A DNA stretch of 18,254 nucleotides from Candidatus Methylomirabilota bacterium (GTDB lineage Bacteria; Methylomirabilota; Methylomirabilia; Rokubacteriales; CSP1-6), in the NCBI GenBank assembly GCA_046726415.1, contig JBKPAK010000271.1, positions 1 through 18,254 on the forward strand, written 5' to 3'. Position 1 is the stretch's first letter, and every line of letters begins with the position of its first letter. The translations under genes were made by a program, and so were the position numbers. Positions 8,467-15,782 of the stretch are shown in pieces. Under the pieces are notes generated by a model, which was given only the letters and a program-made list of their open reading frames with translations, had not been told where the DNA came from and searched no databases.

Positions 8467-8774
8467 CCGACCACGACGATGAGAGGAAGGCCCCGCTCGC
8501 CGATCTAAGCCACACGGCTCGTCGAGTCACCGAGTTAGGACGTGAGACGGCCGCGAAGACCAGTGAGTACGTCCGGGGGGGCCTCGACCGCGCCGCGGAG
8601 TACGCCGAGGACTTGACGGGTCGTGCGAGTGATCGCATCAGCGACTTCACGGGCCGCCCGCTCGACGTGTGGGCGCGCGAGCTCCGCCAGTTCGTCGAAC
8701 ACTCGCCGATAAAAGCCCTCGTCATCGCCGTCGTCGCCGGCTATCTGCTCGGGAGGGCCGTGCGCCGCAGCTGA
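8463..8774 (+). CDS. DUF883 / YqjD-ElaB family tail-anchored protein
   Basis: A helical hydrophilic body, then FVEHSPIKALVIAVVAGYLLGRAVRRS, the C-terminal glycine-zipper TM with basic tail. Confidence 0.85.
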   Translation: MTDHDDERKAPLADLSHTARRVTELGRETAAKTSEYVRGGLDRAAEYAEDLTGRASDRISDFTGRPLDVWARELRQFVEHSPIKALVIAVVAGYLLGRAVRRS

Positions 8775-8795
8775 GAGGAGCGAGCGCGGCGCTGG

Positions 8796-8820
8796 GTCGC
8801 TCCCTGCGAGGGATAGCGAC
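8796..8820 (+). terminator. Possible terminator hairpin after the DUF883 gene
   Basis: GTCGCTCCCT-GCG-AGGGATAGCGAC forms a 10-bp stem with a 2-nt bulge, 21 nt after the stop. Only a weak tail (ACTAATT) follows. Confidence 0.35.
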
Positions 8821-8930
8821 ACTAATTCGACGTCGCGCCCGCCGCCCACCGAGGGGTCGTCGAGCTCGTCGACGTCGGGCGCCCTTTCTGCTTCACCGTT
8901 TTGCAGAAGCTGCAGGTGCCCGCCCCGCCC

Positions 8931-8954
8931 GATGCCCCTTCAGATGCCCCTTCA
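8931..8954. repeat. Perfect 12-bp tandem duplication
   Basis: GATGCCCCTTCA at 8931-8942 and 8943-8954. Confidence 0.9.
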
Positions 8955-8991
8955 ATTGGGCGCGTTGAAGCATGCGGGCGATCCTTAGCCG

Positions 8992-9008
8992 GTGGCATCG
9001 ACGCTGCA
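8992..9008 (+). promoter_or_regulatory. Putative sigma54 -24/-12 promoter for the BON-M48 operon
   Basis: GTGGCATCGACGCTGCA: TGGCA, GG(8994-95)-N10-GC(9006-07). Confidence 0.75.
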
Positions 9009-9092
9009 GTGCACGAGAACGAGCGGTGGGGCCTTAGAGCCGGCCCACTAAGAATTGGCCAGCTCCAGCCACCGCCGAGAAGGAGGACCCCG

Positions 9093-9692
9093 ATGCGAAG
9101 CCAATGGATGACTGGCGTGGTCCTGGCGGTGCTGATCGCCGCACCCGTGGCCATCGAGGCCCAGACCTCGACCGACAGCGGGACAAAGACCGAGCGCGCT
9201 GTAGACAAGACTAAGGACGCGGCCGGGAAAGCGACCGCCGCGACCAAAGACAGTTGGATCACCGCGAAGGCGAAGATCGCTCTCTACGCGGATGATCGTG
9301 TCTCGGGCAGCGACATCAACGTCGATACCCAGAATGGCACGGTGACGTTGCGCGGAAAGGTAGCCACGGCCGACGAGAAGCGCGCGGCCGACGAAGTGGC
9401 GAAGACGGTGGACGGCGTGGCCGCGGTCCGCAACGAGCTCCAGGTGGTGCCCGCCGCCGAGCGCAAGGCGGTCAATGCCGAGGACAAGGATCTCAAGAAC
9501 GCGATCCAGAAGCGAATCAAGCAGGATGCGCGGCTGAAGGGTGCAGATATCGACGTGCAGGTCGACCGCGGCGTGGTGACCTTGATGGGTGATGTCAAGG
9601 ACGTGGGCGCGCGCGCCCGCGCCTCAGAAGTGGCTCGTGCCGTGCCGGGCGTTCGCTCGGTGAAGAACGAGCTTCGCGAGAAGAGCAGCTAG
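9093..9692 (+). CDS. OsmY-like periplasmic protein with two BON domains
   Basis: RBS AAGGAGG and a signal peptide ending AIEA. BON1 reads DSWITAKAKIAL...INVDTQNGTVTLRG...VDGVAAVRNEL and BON2 reads DKDLKNAI...IDVQVDRGVVTLMG...VPGVRSVKNEL. Confidence 0.93.
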   Translation: MRSQWMTGVVLAVLIAAPVAIEAQTSTDSGTKTERAVDKTKDAAGKATAATKDSWITAKAKIALYADDRVSGSDINVDTQNGTVTLRGKVATADEKRAADEVAKTVDGVAAVRNELQVVPAAERKAVNAEDKDLKNAIQKRIKQDARLKGADIDVQVDRGVVTLMGDVKDVGARARASEVARAVPGVRSVKNELREKSS

Positions 9693-9694
9693 CC

Positions 9695-10387
9695 ATGCAG
9701 TGGATGCGGCTCGCGGCGGTCATCATCGCCTGCGCGGCGAGCGGAGCCTGCGCCGTGGGAAGCGAGGCTCCGCCCCGCGAGCCGTCTCCCTCTCCCTCTC
9801 CCGCTCCGACCTCGCGCGCCGGAACTCCGAGCACGCGGCCACTCGGTCCCGAACAGGCGGCGCGGCTCCAGCGGCTGATGATTCCCCTCGTCAAGGCCAT
9901 GGATCACCCGAAGCCTCTGAACCAGGTGAAGATCGCCGTGATCGACGATCCCGGTATCAACGCCGCCAACGCCGGCGGGGGCCAGTTCTACGTGACTCGC
10001 GGCTTGCTCGAGCGCGCGAACGACGATCAGCTCCTCGGCGTCCTGGCTCATGAGGTTGCGCATGACGACCTCGGGCACGTGGCCAAAGTTCAAGTCCTGG
10101 GCGCTGGCGTCGGTCTGGGAATCATCCTGCTCGACCAGCTCGTCCCTGGAAGCCGGGCCCTCACGCCGATCGCCGGGGAGCTGATCGTCCGGGGGTACAG
10201 CCGGCGTGAGGAATATGAGGCTGACCGCCACGGCGTGACCTTGCTGCGACGCATTGGCCGATCCAAGGACGTCATGGTCAACACCCTGACGTGGCTGCTG
10301 CAGAGCTCCGGACCAAGTGGGGGTGGATTTCTCGCGACCCACCCCGCGACGGGCGACCGGATCCAGGCCCTCCGTGAGCTGAAGTAG
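9695..10387 (+). CDS. M48 family zinc metallopeptidase, probable lipoprotein
   Basis: INAA, VTRGLL, HEXXH (LAHEVAH), YSRREEYEAD and THP motifs. N-terminal signal with Cys and a Pro/Ser linker. Starts 2 nt after the BON stop. Confidence 0.92.
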   Translation: MQWMRLAAVIIACAASGACAVGSEAPPREPSPSPSPAPTSRAGTPSTRPLGPEQAARLQRLMIPLVKAMDHPKPLNQVKIAVIDDPGINAANAGGGQFYVTRGLLERANDDQLLGVLAHEVAHDDLGHVAKVQVLGAGVGLGIILLDQLVPGSRALTPIAGELIVRGYSRREEYEADRHGVTLLRRIGRSKDVMVNTLTWLLQSSGPSGGGFLATHPATGDRIQALRELK

Positions 10388-10449
10388 CCGCAGACGGCTG
10401 GAGGGCCTCCTCTGCTTCGCTGACGCGGTGGGACTTGCTTGTCCGCGTC

Positions 10450-11616
10450 CTACCAGTGAAGGGTCTCGCCGGGGACGAGGACCTTCATCCGCGCTTCCAG
10501 GCCGCGGCGGCGCGCTTCCCGGAGCAATCGCTCTGGCGGTTCCGCGAAGGGCTCCATGTTCATGTCGAACGTGCCCCAGTGCATGGGCACCAAGATCTGT
10601 CCGCCGACGTCCTCGAAGAGGCGAACCGCTTCTTCTGGATTCACATGGTTCGGATGGCGACTGACATACGCGCTATACCCGCCGATTGGCACCGTCGCCA
10701 ACTCGAACGGGCCGAGCCGCGCGCCGATCTCCTTGAAACCCGCGAAGTAGCCGGTGTCACCCGCGAAGAAGAACCGCTTGCTCTCGCCGAGCACGGCCCA
10801 GGAGGACCACAGCCGTCGATTCTGGTCAGTCAACGTCCGACCCGAGGAATGCTGGGCGGGCGTACACACGATGGTGAGGCCGCCCACGACGGTGGACTCC
10901 CACCAGTCCAGCTCCACGACCCGCGCCGCGCCCAAGTCGAAGAGCAAGGGGCGGAGTCCCAAGGGCACGACGAAGAGCGCGTCATGGGTACGGGCTATCC
11001 GGGACACCGTCTCGGGGTCCAGATGATCGTAGTGGTCATGAGAGATGACGACGGCGTGAATGGGCGGAAGATCCTCGAACCGCAAGCCTGGCGCGATCAG
11101 GCGGCGCGGCCCGGCGAAGCTCAGAGGACTCGCCCGGTCCCCCCAGTGAGGGTCCGTCAGAAGGTTGATTCCTTCCAACTGGATCAGAAACGTCGAGTGC
11201 CCGATCCATGTGGCCGTCGCGCGCGCGCCGTTGGCGCGCAGCTCCGCGCCGTCGTTCGCCTTCAGCGCGAAGGGCTTCCCACGGGGCTGGGCCGCCTGGC
11301 CGAGTCGGCGAAACATGCGGCTCGCTCGATCCAGCATCGAATACGAGTAGCTCGGATCGAGATTCTTGAATCCCTGGCTGAGGTGGTGAGAAGAGACATT
11401 CGATCCTGCGGTCTGCGCGGCGAGGCGTCCCACGTCCCCGGCGACCAAGAGTAGGATGACGGTCCAGGCGGCGATGGCTAGGCGCTGCGAAAGCCGCGCG
11501 CGCAGGGGTGCGCGTGAATGGAAGCGGGGAGACACAAACGTCACCGTACCATGCCGCAGGCGCAGGTCAACCGGCATGGATCTGAGCTGGTTCCGGTGTC
11601 GCGGCCGCCGTGTCAT
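10450..11616 (-). CDS. MBL-fold metallo-hydrolase (NAPE-PLD/RomA-like); start codon uncertain
   Basis: TWIGHSTFLI, LLTDP, SHDHYDHLD, PAQHSSGR, FFAGDTGY, PIGGY and PMHWGTF motifs, with an N-terminal hydrophobic segment. The true start may lie downstream (e.g. ATG 11577 or later). Confidence 0.9.
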   Translation of the reverse strand: MTRRPRHRNQLRSMPVDLRLRHGTVTFVSPRFHSRAPLRARLSQRLAIAAWTVILLLVAGDVGRLAAQTAGSNVSSHHLSQGFKNLDPSYSYSMLDRASRMFRRLGQAAQPRGKPFALKANDGAELRANGARATATWIGHSTFLIQLEGINLLTDPHWGDRASPLSFAGPRRLIAPGLRFEDLPPIHAVVISHDHYDHLDPETVSRIARTHDALFVVPLGLRPLLFDLGAARVVELDWWESTVVGGLTIVCTPAQHSSGRTLTDQNRRLWSSWAVLGESKRFFFAGDTGYFAGFKEIGARLGPFELATVPIGGYSAYVSRHPNHVNPEEAVRLFEDVGGQILVPMHWGTFDMNMEPFAEPPERLLREARRRGLEARMKVLVPGETLHW

Positions 11617-11783
11617 TCACGAGTAGTGTCAGCGTCACGAACGCGATCCGTCGCGGCGATTTAGCCGCGGGCCAGTGACCGCTGGTCCAGCGACGAGGCC
11701 GCGAGTTCGTGCAAGTTGCCGGGACAACAGTGCTCTGCCGATTGATTCGCCTCACGGCAACGGCGATCCCGAAAGGCGACTGC

Positions 11784-11800
11784 CTGGCATGGCGTCTGCA
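11784..11800 (+). promoter_or_regulatory. Putative sigma54 -24/-12 promoter for the LigD polymerase-domain gene
   Basis: CTGGCATGGCGTCTGCA: GG(11786-87)-N10-GC(11798-99). Predicted +1 near 11811, followed by RBS AAAGGA and GTG 11840. Confidence 0.75.
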
Positions 11801-11839
11801 TACGCTGGGCTAGAGTCAGGGCGAAAGGATTTGGCCGAC

Positions 11840-12763
11840 GTGACGAGTCGTCTGCTTGATATCGAGGGTCGCCGTCTCATTTTGGCGGAGGTGGGGTCTC
11901 CGGCGTGGTCGGGTGCTGGCCTGTCCAAGGCGGACCTCCTCGCCTATTACCTGGAGGTGGCAGACGAACTGCTTCCGTTTCTCCGCAATCGACCCACGAG
12001 CGTGGTCCGACGGAGCGAAAGCGGGCTCGAGGGCTGGAGCTTCGAAAAGAGCCCGGGCCCCGGCCTTCCGGGCTGGATTGGCCGATGCCAGGTGCGTGAT
12101 GAGTTGTCCCTGGCCCTGGTAGAGTGCGTCGTGGTCGACGAACGCGCGGCACTGGCCGCCTTGGTCAATACTGGATGTCTTTCGTTTCACCCCTGGAGCG
12201 CGACCTGCTCCGCGATCGACCGGCCCGATCAGATGTTGTTTGACGTCGATCCAACCGAGATCGCCTTTCGCGAGGTCCGCAACGCGGCGCTGCTTCTGCG
12301 GGACTTGCTCGCCCGATACGGCATTCGGAGTTGGGTGAAGACCTCAGGCGGTCGGGGAATACATGTGATGGTTCCCCTGCGTCCCCTTCATGCCTTCGAC
12401 GAGGTGCGTGCCGCCGCCGGGCTGATCGCGCGAGCGGCGCGCGTGCGAGAGCCCAAACTCTTCACCTTCGAGGTTCGCCGATCTCGGCGACGAGGTCGCA
12501 TTCTGGTCGACATCGAGCGCAACCGCTGCGGGGCGGCTCTGGTCAGTGCGTTCTCGGTCCGCCCGGAGTCCGGGCTGATCTCGGCCCCCCTGGACTGGCA
12601 GGATCTCGAACGTGCGGTCTATCCGGAAGACTTTCCCATGAGCGCGGCGAAGGCTCAGCATGCGAAGCTCGGCGCCCCTCTTCGCGAGTTCTTCGACCAT
12701 CCCCAGTCTCTCGAGCCTCTGCTCGACGTTGTCAAGGCACGGCAGCGACGCTCCGCAGGGTGA
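11840..12763 (+). CDS. Stand-alone LigD polymerase/primase (AEP) domain protein
   Basis: SKADLLAYY..V...LLPFLRNRP, FHPW, RPDQMLFDVDP (DxD), KTSGGRGIH, ILVDIERN and FSVR...SAPLDW. No ligase or phosphoesterase domain. Start inferred from the RBS and promoter. Confidence 0.88.
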   Translation: MTSRLLDIEGRRLILAEVGSPAWSGAGLSKADLLAYYLEVADELLPFLRNRPTSVVRRSESGLEGWSFEKSPGPGLPGWIGRCQVRDELSLALVECVVVDERAALAALVNTGCLSFHPWSATCSAIDRPDQMLFDVDPTEIAFREVRNAALLLRDLLARYGIRSWVKTSGGRGIHVMVPLRPLHAFDEVRAAAGLIARAARVREPKLFTFEVRRSRRRGRILVDIERNRCGAALVSAFSVRPESGLISAPLDWQDLERAVYPEDFPMSAAKAQHAKLGAPLREFFDHPQSLEPLLDVVKARQRRSAG

Positions 12764-12877
12764 TGTCTTCCGGCCGTTGAGCTGTACTCCGTGCATCGCG
12801 TATTGTATGTTCTGCAATAATCGAAGGCGGGCCTCGCGGATAGCGCTCAAAGTCATCGAAAGACAACGAGCTATCCT

Positions 12878-12894
12878 TTGGCATGCAACCTGCT
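12878..12894 (+). promoter_or_regulatory. Putative sigma54 -24/-12 promoter for the NtrC-type activator
   Basis: TTGGCATGCAACCTGCT: GG(12880-81)-N10-GC(12892-93). Predicted +1 near 12905, ATG at 12938. Confidence 0.78.
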
Positions 12895-12937
12895 CGATGT
12901 CAGGAGTTTCAAGCCAGCCGGAGACGAGAGGGAACAT

Positions 12938-14329
12938 ATGCTTGACCGACGAACTTCCGGCGCCAGGGTCCTCGTCGTCGATGACGAGCCGGCAGAGCGC
13001 GAAATGTTGGCTCGGCTCATCGGGCAGTGGGGGTACGAGGTCGAGGCCGCGGAATCGAGCGATGAGGCACTCTCGCTAACGGAGACCTATCGGCCTGCTG
13101 TCGTGGTCACGGATCTGATTCTGCCGGGGACCGATGGGCTGAGTCTCTTGCAAACGCTTCGGGACAGTAACCGTCCCCCGGTGGTGCTCCTGGTCACGGG
13201 CCACGCGACGGTGGAATCCGCCGTCGAGGCGATGCGGCATGGCGCCCTGGATTATCTGACCAAGCCCATCGATGCGACGAGGCTGCAGCTGCTCCTCGAG
13301 AAGGCTGTGGAGCAGGATTCGCTCTCGCGCGAAGTGACTCTCCTGCGCCGCGAGCTCCGGCAAAGGGGCACCTTCGGCCGCTTCGTGGGGCAGTCCAAGC
13401 GAATGCAGGAGGTCTATCACCTCATCGAGCTGATGGCTACCAGCAATGCGCCGGTGCTGATCCATGGGGAGAGCGGGACCGGCAAGGAGCTGGCGGCGCG
13501 GACGGTACACGAGCTGTCCGATCGGCGGGCCCGGCCCTTCGTGGCCATCAACTGCGCCGCCATCCCCGAGACGCTCATCGAGAGCGAGATGTTCGGTCAC
13601 GAGCGAGGCGCGTTCACCGGCGCCAGCGAGCGGCGGATCGGCTGTTTCGAGCTGGCTGACGGGGGCACCCTGTTTCTCGACGAGGTGGCCGAGATGAACG
13701 CCGCCACCCAGGCCAAGCTGCTGCGCGTACTGGAAGACGCGGGCTTCCGACGGGTGGGCGGCAAGACGGAGGTCACGGTCGACGTCCGTGTGATCGCCGC
13801 CACCAACCAGGTGCCGGCCGAGGCCCTGGCCAGCGGCAAGCTGCGCGAGGATCTCTTCTACCGGCTGAGCGTGTTCGTCGTCGAGCTGCCTCCGCTCCGC
13901 GAACGGACCGAAGACATCCCATTGCTCGCCGCGACTTTCATTGAGGACTTCAACGCTCAGAACAATCGCTCGGTCAAGGGACTCACCCCGGAAGCGGAAG
14001 AGGCCCTCATGCGACACCCGTGGCCCGGCAATGTCCGCGAGCTGCGAAACGCCATGCACCGCGCGGTGGTGCTGGCCGGAGAGGGGGCCATCCCGCGGGA
14101 GCACTTGCCGCCTATCATACTGGGCGGGACGTCGCGCTCGGCGCGCGCCGCGGAGTTCAGCAAGGTCATCCCGCTGAAGGACGTGGAGCGCGAGATGATC
14201 GTCCGCGCCCTCGATGAGGCGAACTACCACAAGCCGCAGGCCGCGGCCATGCTGGGCATCAGCCTCAAGACGCTTTACAACAAGCTCGCTCGTTTTGGCC
14301 TGCCTCCCAACCGGGCGTCGGCTCCGTAG
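12938..14329 (+). CDS. Sigma54-dependent response regulator (NtrC/AtoC family: REC-AAA+-Fis HTH)
   Basis: REC motifs VLVVDDE / VVTDLILPG / LTKP. AAA+ motifs are Walker A GESGTGKE, ESEMFGHERGAFTGA (intact GAFTGA), Walker B LFLDE, REDLFYRL and WPGNVREL. HTH AAAMLGISLKTLYNKL. RBS GAGAGGGA. Confidence 0.96.
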   Translation: MLDRRTSGARVLVVDDEPAEREMLARLIGQWGYEVEAAESSDEALSLTETYRPAVVVTDLILPGTDGLSLLQTLRDSNRPPVVLLVTGHATVESAVEAMRHGALDYLTKPIDATRLQLLLEKAVEQDSLSREVTLLRRELRQRGTFGRFVGQSKRMQEVYHLIELMATSNAPVLIHGESGTGKELAARTVHELSDRRARPFVAINCAAIPETLIESEMFGHERGAFTGASERRIGCFELADGGTLFLDEVAEMNAATQAKLLRVLEDAGFRRVGGKTEVTVDVRVIAATNQVPAEALASGKLREDLFYRLSVFVVELPPLRERTEDIPLLAATFIEDFNAQNNRSVKGLTPEAEEALMRHPWPGNVRELRNAMHRAVVLAGEGAIPREHLPPIILGGTSRSARAAEFSKVIPLKDVEREMIVRALDEANYHKPQAAAMLGISLKTLYNKLARFGLPPNRASAP

Positions 14330-15021
14330 TGCGCTCGGAGCTCGAAACCATCGACCACGTGCTGCGGGGAGCGTTGAACACCGCCATGCTGAACCTGCAA
14401 TTGGTCTCCACCTCCGTCGGGCGCGACGAGCAGACGGCCCCGCTGCTCGACCGGGCGCGTGCGGAAATCCGGCGGGTGGCCGAGGTGCTGCTGCCAGCTG
14501 GGTTCAGCGTTCTCGGCCTCGAGGCCTCGGACGTCCGGCCGCTCGACGTGCGCCAGCTCGTGGAGGAAACGCTCGCCCAGCACGCGCTGGGGCCGGTGGT
14601 CGTAGCGGCCGGCCCGTGGCCAGCCGTGGTCGCCGATGCCGCGTTACTCGCCACAGCCATCGCGCACCTGGTTCGCAACGCGGTGGCGGCCACTCCAGCC
14701 GAGGGGCCAGTGCCCCAGGTTGCGGTCGATACGAGCGTCGAGGGTGAAGTAGCGCTTGTCGTGCGGAACACGTGCGCGGGCACGGTTCCACCCCTCGGCG
14801 AGGACGGCACACCCGTCGCTCGCGGGCACATCGGCGGCGTGACCGCCGTGGTGCGCATCGCTCGGCTGCACGGGGGCGCGCTGCGCTTCGAACGGCAGGA
14901 CCGCGAGCTGGTGGCGCGGCTGTCGATCCCGAACGCGCTACGCGACGGCCAAGCAGAGCCCGGTCATCAGCACTCGAGGGCGCGGAGCGCGCGAGTGCGG
15001 CAGAGCGTCTGGAAGCGGTAG
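14329..15021 (+). CDS. Sensor-less, degenerate histidine-kinase-like protein (DHp + HATPase_c-like)
   Basis: The GTG overlaps the regulator stop (TAGTG). It has an H-box-like DHVLRGALN at residue 10, an N-box-like HLVRNAVAA and a C-terminal RIARLHGGALRFE. G1 and G2 boxes are degenerate (NTCAG, GHIGG). Confidence 0.75.
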   Translation: MRSELETIDHVLRGALNTAMLNLQLVSTSVGRDEQTAPLLDRARAEIRRVAEVLLPAGFSVLGLEASDVRPLDVRQLVEETLAQHALGPVVVAAGPWPAVVADAALLATAIAHLVRNAVAATPAEGPVPQVAVDTSVEGEVALVVRNTCAGTVPPLGEDGTPVARGHIGGVTAVVRIARLHGGALRFERQDRELVARLSIPNALRDGQAEPGHQHSRARSARVRQSVWKR

Positions 15022-15714
15022 CACCCCCAGCCGATCGTCCTGCGTCGGAATCATCGAGGGAAGATCGCCGGGCGGCATGTCGATCAGTCTCGGCTGGCCT
15101 GGTCGGCCCAACTCCAGAAGGCGCCGAGCCATCCCCACCATGATCTGCGTCCCCGTCAGCCCGTCGTGCTGGGAGAGCTGGCTCGCCTCCTGGGCACTCG
15201 GGTGGGGGACGAAGCGCTTGACCGTCCGGATGCATAGGTCTTCGAGACCATTGATGGGGTCACCCGGTTGGATCCACGGCTGTCGGACGACCGGCCCCCT
15301 TGGGTGCGCACCGATCATTACGAGTACCTCCGGGCGGCGCCGGACGCCCCACGCCGCCTTGGCGAGCGGGTGAGCGAGGCGATGGCGGTTCGCTCCCAGC
15401 GCGGCTTGTGGAAGAACCAGCACGGTAGCCCGGGGCTCCCAGTCGTTGATCCGAAGCAGGGCTTCCGCCAGGGCTGGGGCAGTACCGCGATCGCCCGCCT
15501 GGAGCATCGGGATCGCACCGAGCCGCTCGGCATGCGCGGACATGTGCTCATCGACGTCGACCGTGAGGACGACCATGAGGCGTCGCCCGGGCACGAGGCT
15601 CAGCGCTCGGTCCACGCTGCCGGCGAATTCCGCCGTGTCGAACTGTTCCCATGCCGCCCGCGGCGGGCGGCGGTGCGGGAGGAGGAGTCCCCAAACGTGG
15701 CCCTGACCAACCAT
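14938..15714 (-). CDS. Degenerate mannose-1-phosphate guanylyltransferase-like (nucleotidyltransferase fold) protein
   Basis: The scaffold is recognisable (VWGLLL, QF, VDRALSLVP, LQAGDRGTAPAL, TVLVLP, LVMIGAHP, WIQPG, VKRFV..P), but the catalytic motifs are altered and the C-terminus is short. Confidence 0.7.
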   Translation of the reverse strand: MVGQGHVWGLLLPHRRPPRAAWEQFDTAEFAGSVDRALSLVPGRRLMVVLTVDVDEHMSAHAERLGAIPMLQAGDRGTAPALAEALLRINDWEPRATVLVLPQAALGANRHRLAHPLAKAAWGVRRRPEVLVMIGAHPRGPVVRQPWIQPGDPINGLEDLCIRTVKRFVPHPSAQEASQLSQHDGLTGTQIMVGMARRLLELGRPGQPRLIDMPPGDLPSMIPTQDDRLGVLPLPDALPHSRAPRPRVLMTGLCLAVA

Positions 15715-15725
15715 GGCTGCTCAGT

Positions 15726-15744
15726 ATGGCAACCGCGATGCCGT
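15726..15744. promoter_or_regulatory. Palindromic two-way sigma54 -24/-12 motif between divergent genes
   Basis: Core GGCA-ACCGCGA-TGCC (15728-15742). The plus strand reads ATGGCAACCGCGATGCC and the minus strand ACGGCATCGCGGTTGCC; both are GG-N10-GC. Confidence 0.62.
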
Positions 15745-15782
15745 CGAGATCAGGAGCAATCTTGGGCAGGGCGGATTCCCTC

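Noticed and set aside
8821-8884. Repeated TCGACGTCG palindromic words as a CRISPR or REP element
   Set aside because: There are only two short copies with no repeat-spacer periodicity, and such words are common in high-GC DNA.
9785-9802. (TCTCCC)x3 as a contingency repeat
   Set aside because: It is an in-frame hexamer encoding a Ser-Pro linker after the signal peptide. It is too short and cannot shift the frame.
10386-10449. Short hairpins between the convergent M48 and MBL genes as an intrinsic terminator
   Set aside because: The stems are only 4-5 bp, with no U-tract on either strand.
11675-11839. ORF-track starts for the LigD-like gene (11675, ATG 11789) and for the activator (12878)
   Set aside because: These starts lie upstream of or inside the predicted sigma54 motifs. 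RBS-backed starts at 11840 and 12938 fit the domain boundaries better.
12848-12877. AT-rich stretch as an IHF site between the UAS and promoter
   Set aside because: It does not match WATCAANNNNTTR adequately on either strand.
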